Positions 13,735 to 26,138 of a stretch of DNA of 64,000 nucleotides are shown in pieces. The first letter of the stretch is position 1. Each line of letters opens with the position of its first letter. The translations under genes and the position numbers were made by a program. Below the pieces are notes generated by a model. It saw nothing but the letters and a program-made list of their open reading frames with translations. It searched no databases and had not been told where the DNA came from. Source of the DNA: Macrostomum hystrix. Its lineage: Eukaryota; Animalia; Platyhelminthes. The stretch lies in assembly GCA_950097015.1 (NCBI GenBank), contig CATNEN010000041.1, forward strand, positions 496,001 to 560,000, in the 5' to 3' direction.

Positions 13735-13807
13735 CGCCCGATGTGGGGCTCGAACCCACGACCCTGGGATTAAGAGTCCCATGCTCTACCGACTGAGCTA
13801 ACCGGGC
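13735..13807 (-). tRNA. tRNA-Lys-CTT: tRNA-Lys (anticodon CTT)
   Basis: GCCCGGTTAGCTCAGTCGGTAGAGCATGGGACTCTTAATCCCAGGGTCGTGGGTTCGAGCCCCACATCGGGCG: 73 nt, intact A and B boxes, followed by a T6 Pol III terminator. Confidence 0.97.
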
Positions 13808-13849
13808 TTATCAATTGGGTGAACAATATGTTGGATATGTTTAAGAAAA

Positions 13850-14697
13850 AACGCATTACTTAACAGATTTTGCTCCCTTCATTCCTTACTTGCCTACATT
13901 TCCCAACAGCCTCGTTACGTAAACTAAACACACTTTGCTTAACTCACTGAGTTAAATACTCTAGCGCTACAAGTGTCAACAACTGCAGGGCTCAGAGGGT
14001 CTGTAAAACGTCTCTGGCCACTGGGGAAAGGTTTGAGTAGGGACCGTGTGGCTTTGCAAGTTTACTCAGAGCTTGCAGTGCTCGCTGTGCATACGATTCG
14101 TAGATTAATTATTTACCAAAAAGCAGGAATATTAAAAACCCGACCCTGCACTGTTATAGATTAGGTAGCATTGTTATCCTTATCTACAGGTGCCCCCATA
14201 AAAGTTGAGAGATAAAACTTTCTAGCCTTCATTGCCTCTGAGTCACTGAAATCAGTAATCCTTGTTATTACGAGTACGAATAGTAATAAATCATTTCGTG
14301 TCAATAACTCTGACAGCAATCCACATGGTTCAATGCCAATACAATACACAGCTTATCCGCACGGTGCATTTTAGTTTCTTAGCATTGAAAGCAAGGAACA
14401 AAAGAAATTGCAATGAAATGGTGCAAGGGTATAGACTATAGAGGACGAATGACGTAGAGTTTTGAGCTGCTCAAGAATCAAGACGTCTGAAGAACACAAA
14501 GGTGATGAGAGAGCGACAGATTTAAGAGAATATTTGTAAGAGTGATAACTTTTTTTATAAGGAATTTCGACTTCTTCGGTGACTGAGAGGATTTTCAGAA
14601 CCGAAACTATTGTTAGTAGCAAAAGCGCAAATCGCAGCCGTTTTTGTGCAAACGAGTGCAAATAAGCAAGTCTTAATAACTGAGTCGCATTTTTCAT
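13850..14697 (-). pseudogene. Possible decayed type II membrane glycosyltransferase (beta-1,3-galactosyltransferase-like)
   Basis: The frame has an N-terminal TM segment (LRFALLLLTIVSVLKIL) and runs through in-frame stops into DLLLFVLVIT. Downstream fragments WPETFYRPSEPCSC and LVYVTRLL loosely recall the YPPYC and EDVYVTG motifs. Weak evidence. Confidence 0.25.
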
Positions 14698-15304
14698 TAA
14701 GGAATTTCTATGAAATTAAAACTGCCAGACCGAGGCACCAATAAAACTGCGGTGCCCGGGCTTCTAGCCAATCGGCTCGCGTGGACCAATAGAGAAATGC
14801 TTGCTTGAGCAAAAGTCTTTGTGAGTGCATCCTTACGCGACTGGCTACATTGCACGCGGTATATTTGTTATTAAAGAGGAAGATTAAAAAGCAATAGCAA
14901 AATCCTAAGACGGACAAATGCGAATCGCCCACGGTTTAACAACTGCTTGGCGTCAGTGAGGTGAGCAACAAATAGACAAATCGCTGGTTAACAAATATAC
15001 TAGCTAGCTATTTCGTCTACAAAGACTAATGCTAAACAAAGACAAAAATTCTAGAGTTTTTAACGAATAGCGGTCGAGTCATCAGTAAAATACATGGAGC
15101 AACGCACAAAGCAAAGCACATATATTTATAATACAAAGAAAGGCTATGATTACATACTGCTAATAGGCAAAAGAACATGTACTTATCAGTGAGCGTATGC
15201 GTAAGAAGCTGACAGTTGAAAATATTTCAATGACTAATGGCTCCCCATGCGGGAGCGAGCATAGCGAAATGCACAGACGGAGTGAAGCGGGGAATGAGGC
15301 CAGT

Positions 15305-17037
15305 TCAGCCCAGGTAGGACAGGCAGTGAGAATCTAGCAGGTCACCGCACAGGCGGTGGAGCAGCCGCTGAAGACTGAGGCGGCGCAGCGGTTCGGGGTG
15401 CAGCAGGGCCAGCACGCAACGGTGCACCTGGGGATCCAGGTGATGCGGCCTGGCTAGCTCACCTCGCTCCAGTAGGCGCAGACGGGCCTCGCCGTCACTC
15501 GGACTGTCAGTGGACTCCGGCACGTGACCACCGGCCGCCTCGTAAATGCAGAGGCCGAGAGAGAAATTGTCCACCAGACGGGGATCCGGGTGGCAACTCA
15601 GGTCCAGGGCGTCCATGGGCATGAAACGGCCGTTGCCGTCCTCCAGGTTCTCAACGTCCGCCGTGTCTCGGGCGTGGCCGAAGTCGCCAAGCTTGAACAG
15701 GACCCGCTCTTTGGCGTCGGCCAGCAGGTCCGTCAGCCGGGCGTGCCGATCAGACAGCGGTAGGGCCGGCGGCAGGCTGACACGAGGCGCCTTGATTAGG
15801 ATGTTGCTGGTGGTGCAGTCAAGGTGAGCCAGCCGTTCCGAGTGCATGAAGGCCAGCGCGGAGCCGATGTCGCGCACGAGCTGTCGCAGCCGCTCGCCAG
15901 CTAGTCTGCGCCGGCCCTCGGCCAGGTACTGATGCAGGGCCAGGCCGTTGCAGTACTCCAGCTGGATGTACAGCCGGTCAAACTGCACCCAGCAGCCGTA
16001 GTACTCAACGATGTTGGGGTGGCGCTCGCTAAGACCGGCCATTGCCCACACCTCCTGGAAAGAAACACAAGAGAAGATGGTGAATAATAGAAGTTACAAT
16101 AAGCGACTGAGAAGCAGCGTGTCCAGCACGCGAAACAGCGCCCGGTGATTATCACTAGAAGCCTCACCTGAATGCCTTCTCGGGCCTGGGCGGAGGCGCT
16201 GGGCCCGTGCCTGCTCTTCTGTGGCATGGCGGTCTTCAGACAGTAGACGCGGCCATCCAGCCGGTTGACAGCGGTGAACACAAATCCGAAGGAGCCGCTG
16301 GCCACGGCCCTGGTGTTGGCCTCGTCGGTTAAATCAAACTCGGTGTAGAGCCTGTCGGAATTCAGCAGGCGCTCGTCCACCACACGCGAAATCTGGCCAG
16401 GTGTTTGGGCCAAGCGCTGGCGACCCTCTGGCGTGCAACGGTTGATGTTGGAACCCTGAAGGCTGCGGATGGCATGGCAGTGTCGGTACATGTGCGTCTG
16501 CTCGCTGCGAACGCTTAGCAACAGCTCAGGTGTGCCCAGACCAGACTGGCCAATAGGAGTAGTCGGCTGCTGTTGCTGTGGCGTTGCCAGCGCGGGTGCT
16601 GGAGAGCCGTTCTCGGCCGGCGGGTCATCATCAAATGTGAGAACTCGGCACACGTCTCCGCCGAAGTTAAGCTTGGCGGGAGCAGTGCGCAGCATCAGGA
16701 GCTCCTTGCGCCTGGTGTAGAGAACCTCCTCCATGCGGACGGTCTCGTAGAATTCCTGTTCCTGGTCAAACACGGCCGTGAGATGCTGCTGCTGTGAAAA
16801 GCTGTGCTCGCTCCGCTGCTGCTGGTTGCCAGTGGCAGAGAGCTCGGCCTCACAGCAGAAGTCGGCGCGGTCAGCCGGGTTTGGTGACAAATCCAGGTCA
16901 GGATTGGAGCAGGAGGATGAGCTAGCATACTCAGTCAGGTCCTGGCGAGGTGTCGATGAGTTTTTCGTCTGCTCGATGGACTGGAACAGGGCCATGCAAG
17001 GCGGCTCGCCTCGGTCCTCACTGCCAGAAATGTCCAT
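15305..17037 (-). CDS. wee1-like: Wee1-like protein kinase (about 539 aa; 5' end uncertain)
   Basis: Exons 17037-16168 and 16054-15305. Motifs VASGSFGFVFTAVNRLDGRVYCLK, HPNIVEYYGCW...LYIQLEYCNG, HLD, FKLGDFGH and EDGNGRFM follow the Wee1 pattern. An in-frame acceptor at 17087 suggests an upstream exon or trans-splice site. Confidence 0.85.
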
Positions 17038-20000
17038 AGGGCAGCTGTCAAACGAGAGGTCAGCCTGGTCAGGTCCAAGTTGTTGCCTGTGGAAAATTAA
17101 AATGGGAATATAACAGCTTAACTAGCATTCTCAGGCCATGTGTTTGTGATCAACAAAATCAAACCAATGAAACAACTATAGCAAAGATTCAATATAGTTA
17201 GATGTGTCTACAGATTCGACTATTTGCATACTGGTTTCAATCTTTGGATATTACAACAGAAATATCTAAAACGAGGAATTTTTTAATTAGAAAAAATTGT
17301 TTTAATTTTTTTGACTCTCGGTGTCACACTTCCCAGTACACAAATTTTTTCTCTCTACCTCACTATCCTACCATTCTTATAATCAGTTCCTTTTGTTTGC
17401 TGATAATTTTGTACATGTTCTTCTCTTGTGTATTTTACTTTCCCATTTTCTTTTTGGGTGTAGTTTGCTTTCCACACTCTGTTTGCTCCTGTCCTTCCCC
17501 TTTGCCATATTTCTTCCACTATGATAACAATTTTTTTTTCATTTTTGTTAAACCCACTTTAAATACTTTTTACACATGTTCTTAATAAGATGCTCAACTT
17601 TCCCCTCATCTCATTGAATTAAAAATCGTTTACAAAATGTGCCTTATTTGATTTACTATCTGTTTGTGAGTCAAATATTTGTTTACTTTTTATTTTCTGC
17701 AATACAAATACATTAAAACCAATCTTTATTTTTACTATTTTTGCTAGAATCTGGTCTGTCTTTTGATTGTTAATGAATTAGTTTTGCTAGAATTAAAAAA
17801 TATATTAAATTTGCTTTCTTATTGGCATAACTAGAATTTTGCAAGAGCCAAATAATCTACAAATCATTTATTTATTAAATTCAACTTTAGATCTAAATTT
17901 TATTTCTACATTTATACAATATAGTCATGTAGAGCTTTTAACTTTTAGTAAAATATATTAGTAGTAGCTGACAATCATAAAGACTAAGCAAAGAATATAT
18001 ATATTTATTAATTGGCTAGAATATATATTGTAAACTTTTAGACCTCTTCTAAAGAAAATGATTAATTTCAAATTAACTAATCTATTAAAAACCATTCAAC
18101 ACAAAATCAACAATAGTCTACAATGGCCAAAGATATAAAAACAATTAGCTAGCACTTTATTGGTAAAAGATATATAATATAAATTTGTTTGTCATATATT
18201 TTCACATTCTGATATAACATTAGATATAATGAAATATAAGAAAAGAATAATCTATCCTACATTTTTGAGAGCCAAATAAGTATTTGATTTACAGCCAATG
18301 TGAATTTAAAAAGAAGAAATAAGAAATGTGATGCCTATTTTTTATACAGAATCGAGCTAGATAATAATTATCTGTTCTTAGATGTGTGAAGCTGAAAATT
18401 AGGCCTATCAAAGTAAGCAAGGGCTACTAAGCCATATTGCTAGCACCTAAGAAAGTGGTGCTAGTCAAAATAGTTGCAACTGCCCTAACAGACCAAGAAA
18501 CAAAGAATTTAATGAGCAGAATGGTTGATAGAATGAATGGCTAGGTAAAGTATTTTTTAACTTTAGGCTTAGAATACTATAGCTGTATATAAAAACCTAA
18601 GGCTAAGTAATAAGGCCCTTCATATGTTGTACAAAACAAAAAGCACCATGCAGTGCATGCACAAGCTGTATTGATAGAGAATATCTAGATTAGAAACAGA
18701 AAGCTAGAGCTTTTCAAAGAAAACTATCCTATTTTGCACATAGGCCCCTAATCTATAACAAGACCACTTCTAGTAAAATCTTGTCTAACCTGCTAAAGGC
18801 AAAGTCTTCTGGCAAAAAATAGGTTAGACTAAAGGATTATTATAATCAATTGTATAGTGCAGTGGCAAAAGAAGAATGTGTTGTAGCTTATAAATTTCGG
18901 CCGACTGTCAATACAACGTAAAAGTAGAGTAAAGAAACGAAACAAAGTGAAAGCTAGGTAGGCTGATTTTATATGAAGAATAAATCTTTTAAGACACAAA
19001 CGTACCTCACGTGAAGGGTCATTTTAGAATCTGAAGAAGATCTGTCCTATTTAACTAGATAATACGCGAATTGGATTTATAGATAAGCCAAATAAACGCT
19101 TTTATTTTCGCTTGGTATTGTGTGAAGAATGATTAGAATAGCGTTACAACAAAGAAAAATGGCGTCTTTCCGTAATTTAAATTAGCTCTCTTTTTTATCC
19201 ACATAAACAAAAACTTTTTATAGAATGTCCCAAAATGCTTATTGATTTGCACAAATGTCAAATAAAACGTATTTAAATTGTATAATAAATATTAAAGGCT
19301 TACTTTTAGCTTTTAGCTAATAGCAAATGGTCGTAAAAATCAGCAATTGTCACTTCTTTTTGTCAGTCGCGGCGTGCGAGGACACGTCGACGCAGCTACA
19401 TAGCCGAATCGATGCAAAACGGATTGCAATCGAATTGATCGCCTAAATTAGCTTCTTATTATTAATGAAGATATGCCTATGATTATGTTAATGAAACAGT
19501 TATGCTGAAAACTAGTCTGAAAGCTCAGGCGCGAAGCTTAGAGAAAGATTAATCAGCAAAAAAGACTGGCTGGATGACGAAGTGTTCGATCTGAAAAGTT
19601 GATGACGAAAATAATGACGAAAAAGCAGATATGCAGTGCACTGAAAATCCAGGAACCGCAAACTCATCGATAGTCTTGGGTGTTTTGAGGTGGGTGATTG
19701 AAATGCACCCGTTTGCTCTATTGAGTTATTGGCTGGCCTTTCCAGTGTTATTCGAGCGTTCGCTCACTCAGTTAGTTGGTCATATGATTTTGAAGCATTT
19801 TGAAAGCTCTATTAGGCACGAACCTTCAGAGCTTTCTTTTAAACATATTATAACACTTATGAAGTAGGGCAGTAGTGTCATATTTTGGTTTCTATATAAA
19901 ATAGCAGCTGTAAAGAAGATCTCAAGAGTATCTTGGGATAAAAAGACTTGGGAATCTCTCAAGTACATTGGGGAATATGGGGCGCCACTCGGTTCGAGGA

Positions 20001-20090
20001 GGGCTGAGAGACTCAGTGGGGAGATTCAGGGTGAGATTCTGACGTCGGACTCACGACTTGAAGGTCGGGGGTTCGATTCCCGACTCTACT
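20001..20090 (+). other. tRNA-derived SINE head or tRNA pseudogene
   Basis: A degenerate A box (GACTCAGTGG), a GACTCACGAC anticodon-loop-like segment and a clean B box (GGTTCGATTCC, 20070-20080). It does not form a normal cloverleaf. Confidence 0.4.
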
Positions 20091-20449
20091 GGAATAATTT
20101 GTGCCCATTCGAGCTTCCTCGCAATGCTCTCTCTCCACCCACTCAAAGCCCCCATATTGTCTAGCCTTCTGAGCATTTCTTTGTCCCAGCGAGTCCTTCT
20201 CCTCTGGAAAATCCTTATACTTAATATCATGCCACATGCAGACAGAGTCTAGCTAGCTGATTCACAGGCTCATGCCCAGGATTTGGATTATTGTTTTTTC
20301 TAGCTGTATTTCAAGCGGATTCAAAGGCCCGCAATATTTGTAGCCGGGAATTGTGTAGCCTTTGTTTGGATGAGGAATTGCTTTTCTATCAGCCCATGAG
20401 AGTCTAAGTTACCACCAGAGCGTTAACTACGTTAACTCGTAATTTTTAT

Positions 20450-21400
20450 TAAAATTTCAATATAAAAAATGCAGATCAGAAACTTCAAAAGCTCTACAAC
20501 GACAAAGGAATATTATTTGTAGGAAAAAATGCAGTCACAAAACTCGCAGAACTAAGTGAAGAATCAAAACAAACAGTTGAAAGACGGCTCTCTAAGAAAG
20601 CAGTCTACCTATAATTTATTTCCCACTAAGACCTCACTTTAACATCTATAAACCTAATGACGCACACCAAGCAGATCTTCTGTTTCTTCCCAAAGACTCA
20701 GGCTACAAGTATATGCGCTCACAGTTATAGACATTGTCTCCCGATACAAAGAAGCGAGACCACTTAAGACTAAGAAATCTGATGCAGTACCAGCTGTCCT
20801 CCAAGAAATTTACGAAAACTCTCCGCTTACATACCCGCAAACCTTTATGACTGATCCTGGCAAAGAATTCATGCGTGCAGTCAAATCCCTTATGGAAAAT
20901 AACAATACGAAAATGCGCTACGGAAGAACTGAGCTCCATAGAGACCAGGCTTTTGTTGAAAGATTCAATCTAACTCTAGCAAGGAGACTTTTCACAAAGC
21001 AGACAGCTGAAGAGCTGAAACTAAAAAGTGGCCAATACTATACCAAGTGGGCAGACCGGCTCCCAGCTGTAATAAATCAGATAAATATGAAATTTCTCGA
21101 ACGACTGGACAAAAGCCTTCGACAGTAATTAAGCAAGACAGAGTATAACTCTCATTACCCAAATAGGCAGAGACTATTTCCTAAATTACTACAGGAATAT
21201 ATTCTCCAGAAATTCTTACTACGAGCTAACTCTGAATTTGTTCGCTTCCTTTACTTACCAGGAGAACTAGAAAATGACACAAAGTGTATGGAGCCACTGA
21301 TCCATATTTTAGTATTGATGTACACAGGATAGTAGACAGGCATTTCACACCCGCATCCGGTGATTACTATTTTCTATCGACTATACCAAGCCTTTAATCC
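20450..21400 (+). mobile_element. Decayed retroviral-type (rve) DDE integrase, Polinton/Ginger-like
   Basis: In-frame YALTVIDIVSRYKEARPLK...TFMTDPGKEF...HRDQAFVERFNLTLARRLF...WADRLPAVIN contains the D, D and E residues. Frameshifted VRFLYLPGELE and ATDPYFSIDVH segments follow. No LTRs or TIRs were found. Confidence 0.7.
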
Positions 21401-22113
21401 CAAAGCCCCAACACGATCATTCGCCAGCTGGGCTGAGCTTCTAGTGATTCCACGTAATACAGAAATAAAAAAACTTTTAAAATAAATGATTGACACCGCT
21501 GACCAAAGAGCATAGCGACCGAACCCAGGGATTGCCATATTAGTCTCCGATCTTGGTTCGACAAGCATTGAATTGAAATTGATAAATGTATTGAAATTGC
21601 TAACATTTCTCCGTCTTTTGAACTTCCTATCGATATTTTTCGTTCATTTATAAAATCGTTTGCTACATGTAGTTTATGATTACGTGATTGTATAATTAGG
21701 GTGATGAGAAAAACATTTTTGCATTCATATTCGTTTGTTTTCATCGTTAATTAATTTATATTTACGTTTTGTAATGATTCTCACGTTAGTATGATTTACA
21801 GTTTAGTATTATTTTTATTATTATTATGTATTACCTACTGTAAATTTGTTATAACTATAAACGAGTACGACTTGGTTTAAGTTGAATATAAAGCGACGAC
21901 GACGCGCTGGTTCCCACCGGTCAGAAGTAGATTTGACACGCGAAGTAAAGTTGTTACATCAGCAGTCCAGGCCCTTGGCCCTCTAGACTTAGTAACGCGT
22001 GATTACTTCATTAGATGTTAGTATGCATTTTCGGAGAAGTTATTATTATTATTAGGCGAATTATTATAAAATACACATATTAGGTGTTTCTCTTTACCTT
22101 GCTAACTAACCGG

Positions 22114-24072
22114 GGATTCCAGTTCTTTCGTCTGCCGCCAGTTCGTCTGCTCAGTAGACGAAAAAGCAAACAAGTTCGTCTGCTGGCCATTCTATGGCAT
22201 ATACAAGTATAAGCCCTGCCATGTAGTTTGTGTGTGTGTATAGGGGTGTGTTTGTTGCAAGGACCACTGAATTCGAATAGAAGCATCTTCTATAGATGCT
22301 ATGAAGTCCTTGGTTTTGTTGGCACCAAAACCTCCGGGTTTCATGGAGTGTTGGGGTAGGGCTCACAGGAATCCCCAATTGAGACAAGAGCTGTTCTCAC
22401 TTACTTCTCTCATTTTCATATTAAAAATTTGTAGCAAATTTGCAGCATTACTTTTAGTAGAAAACGCAAGTTTTTTATTCTATTGTTTTACTAAATTGAA
22501 ATGCAATAAAATACTTGGTCAGAATAAAAATCGAATCACAGGAATCTCTAGAACTTAATATGTCTCTTTGTCTAGAACCACTTTCTCTCCCCTTCTCTTT
22601 CCCCTTCTACACTCCCTTTCTCTCCCTACCTGTAAAGTAATGACTAAGCAAGTTATTGTAGAGCTCGTCTACTTAGTCCTATTTTTTTCTACGCCAATAT
22701 CAGTTTTCACTAATGTTTCGTTCTAACTTCGGATTATAACATGCAAAAAGTGAGCATGTACATCGGTTTATAACATGTTAGATGTTGCGTTAATGCCTAC
22801 TTTAACCTTGAAGTAATCCTAATAGAAAGCCCCTTACTAGCAGTGTAGCAATAAGAAAAATGTCTACTTTTTAACTAGATTAAAGGTGTCCCACCTTAGT
22901 CAAAGCTTCGCTGCGGACGATACACTTCCAGTAATTGCAGCCAGCTTTTCCTCCATTGCGTCCGAGAATGTAGCCATGGGAAGACACGAGCAAGTCGCCG
23001 CCACGCTTGCTAATTCCAGGCTTCATTTCAAACTGTTCCGGCTCCATCGGTATCTGTACTTCAGCTAAAGGAGCTGGATCAGGAAGAGATCGTCGCCCAG
23101 CGGCATCAGTAGCCGTAGCAGCAGCGGCAGCAGCAGCAGCAGACAGCTCGGCGGCAGTATCAGCAGCAGCACCACCACCAGACTCGGCAGCAGACAGCTC
23201 GGCGGCAGTATCAGCAGCAGCAGCACCACCAGACTCGGGGCAGCAGACAGCTCGGCGGCAGTATCAGCAGCAGCAGCACCACCAGACTCGACAGCAGACA
23301 GCTTGGCGGCCGCCTGTTCAAGTTTTTTGTCAGATCGTGATTTTATTAGCAGTCTTATCGATGCAAGGCACAAGCTTTAATTTTCTGTATATTAAGCTGT
23401 CTCTAGCTGCACAGTAAGTTGGGATTTGCTTTTCTGAAAATCTTTATCTTCTAATCTGGTTCGTGTACTGCAACTTCAAGTTTATGTAGAAAACATTATA
23501 GATATAAATATGTACAGCAAATAATCTCGCTATTATAATTATAATTATAATAAGTGGTTATGGTAGCTTGAACATGACGTGCACATGAATTCTATATTTA
23601 CATGTACCATAAAAGTCAATGAGCTACTTACGTTTTTTTCCTCACATCGTGAGCACATCCAGTTGAAGGAAACATTTTTGCTCAATATTTCGCGATACTC
23701 AGTCTGGGTCATATTAATGCCACAGATTCGATGCTGCCATTGATCACACGAATCGCACAGCAAGGCCTGCTGTCGTGTGCTGACTATCTTTTGACAGACA
23801 AGACAAAAATCTGACATTTCGATTATCCAGGCACGCTAATGTGGTGTGCAATGACAATGAGTTGCATACGCTATATATATGTGGTTCAAAGCAAAAAGAT
23901 TTTAAATTTGCGCGATATTTTGTCGTTTGATTGATTGTTTTACTGATTTCGGTTGTTCTAAGAATCTAAGTCTCGTTAAACTTGAGTTTCCAGCAGACGA
24001 AAAGTTTAACGCAAAATAGTTTGTTCGTCTGCCCAGCAGACGAACTGGCGGCAGACGAAAAGAGTGGCACCC
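22114..24072 (-). mobile_element. Non-autonomous Mutator (MULE)-type element retaining PHD finger and FLYWCH-like fragments
   Basis: 9-bp TSD ACTAACCGG (22105-22113 and 24073-24081). Imperfect TIRs of about 50 bp have GG...CC ends (GGATTCCAGTTCTTTCGTCTGCCGCCAGTTCGTCTG). It contains a PHD ORF (23817-23545) and an FLYWCH-like segment, SKRGGDLLVSSHGYILGR...NYWKC (about 23030-22895). No MULE catalytic domain was found. Confidence 0.8.
23545..23817 (-). CDS. PHD zinc finger inside the MULE-type element
   Basis: CLVC...LLCDSCDQWQHRIC...FNWMCSRC matches the C4HC3 pattern. Confidence 0.75.
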   Translation of the reverse strand: MSDFCLVCQKIVSTRQQALLCDSCDQWQHRICGINMTQTEYREILSKNVSFNWMCSRCEEKNVSSSLTFMVHVNIEFMCTSCSSYHNHLL

Positions 24073-25091
24073 ACTAACCGGGCGGTACAGTCAATTTAGT
24101 AGGTGTTAGGCCTATTAAATTAAGAGTAACTTGATGATCTGTTAAATAATCACATTTCGTGCTTGCGACTTTAGCTGTCTTAATTATTTTCACAGTGAGA
24201 CTATAAATACAAATGGCGATGACACACTAATAAATTCATTACAAAAAGGTAAGGCCTAATTGAAATGTATAGGCCTAACAGTTAAAAATAGATGACATAA
24301 AAATAATAGTGCTTATTATTTCTAATTCTATTAGTATTATGTCTACTGGTCTACTGTAGTATAATTTATTTTGATTTTGATTTTTTGTTTTCTAAAATTT
24401 TTATTGACACTGCATGCAACAGAGCTTGACACTATTTGGTAGCTATGAATGACACCGAAGTGGCTTAGAAGCATAAGCCTTAGGCCTAAGCTTAAAGCTG
24501 AATCAGCAGATAACCTGCAAATAATTACTTGTTTGTCTGTTCATTTGTTTTTTGTGTTACCCTTTTGTATCACTTTAATGGGTTATAGACCTATCCACTG
24601 GTATATTATCTGATCTATAGACTGCAATATATAATTTTCCTAATCCATGTGACAATGGTTAGAACCACTTCACCACTTTTACCTTACTCTAAGACAATTA
24701 TAAAATATTCTAAAATATAAATCTAGTTTCTTTGCTTGCTTGACTATGTCTTCCAAATGATTTAACTAATTTATATATTTTTTTACCAAAATATGTAAAG
24801 GGACCGAAATTGGCACACATATTTCTAATAAGCTCAACTTCATTGCTAAGGAGATTAAGGTTTGTAATAAATGAATTCAAAATACCAAATGTGTTTGCTG
24901 CCAAAATTTATTGTAACTGAAAGTCTTTGGATAACTAGTAAAATAGGAAGAAAAGTAACTTATAACAAAACTATAAAATCCTTGTGTCCTCACTTTATTT
25001 TTCCTAATAATCCTTTCCTTGTATTGCTAATTGTAGTAACAGTTGTTTTACGTTTAAATTAGTAGGGAAGTGTCAATTAGCCGAATATAAA

Positions 25092-25878
25092 GGCAGAGCT
25101 TATTCCCACGGTCCTGTGCCGATAATTTCAATTTTATCCACACGGAGCCGTGCTGATAATTTTCTGCTTATCCACACGGCAGCTTGTATGAATAGGTCTA
25201 AAACTCTTTATATATGCCGTGCCGTTTTTTTTTCAATTTTATCCACATGGAGCCGTGCCGATAATTTTCTGCTTATCCACCCAGCAGCTTGTATGAATAG
25301 GTCTAAAACTCTTTATATATGCTGTGCCGTTAATTTCAATTTTATCCACGCGGTTCTGTTCTTTGAAACGAGGCCCTTTCGGGTTTGAAAGTTTTGCTGA
25401 ACCCTCGAGCCAATAGATTGACAAAGTTCCCAGTGTGTTATGACAGTGTTCTACATTTTGACCTACACATTCATTAACCGACATTAGTGTCATCCTTTTT
25501 AATTTTTGTAATAACAACTTACTAAATCTTTTGTTATCGTTACGTACGTGTTTTCATTCGAATTGTATTGACTTAAAAAGTAAGAAGTCAATCAAAGAAA
25601 ATCATACGAGTCAACCAGCAGAATTCTAGTCAGCACCAAACTCGTCACACATATTATACATCATTGTTATTATTTTACACTATGCATTGATAGTGTACAC
25701 TGTACACTATACACTATCCTCTGAAGCAAAAGCCTTATGCTCAGAGAAGAATAGGTAGGGACTTCAAAGTAGACCTATTCATACAAGCTGCCGTGTGGAT
25801 AAGCAGAAAATTATCGGCACGGATCCATGTGGATAAAATTGAAATTATCGGCACGGGACCGTGGGAATAAGCACTTCC
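25092..25878. mobile_element. Mutator-type MITE (787 bp)
   Basis: 109-bp TIRs (25092-25200 and 25770-25878) with GG...CC ends and a 9-bp TSD, GAATATAAA (25083-25091 and 25879-25887). Part of the left TIR is tandemly duplicated at about 25230-25350. Confidence 0.85.
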
Positions 25879-26138
25879 GAATATAAACTCAGATTTCAAT
25901 ATGCATAGAATTAGTATATGTATATATATATATATATACAGAGATATATAACTTTTATGCAAAGGATGCCTATACTGTTACTAAGATGACTGCTAAAGCC
26001 AAGGATGTATTAACTAGTAATTAAAAATAATTATTGATATGAATGTATTTGTATTTTTCTATGGTTTGTAGTGTGAGCTATAGAAAAGCTGCAGCATCCT
26101 TTGCTCCAAGCACTGCATTTTTGCTGCTTCCAGCCTGC

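Noticed and set aside
17200-19300. ORFs and possible relic genes in the AT-rich tract upstream of Wee1
   Set aside because: The sequence is low-complexity T-rich or stop-riddled with no recognisable domain.
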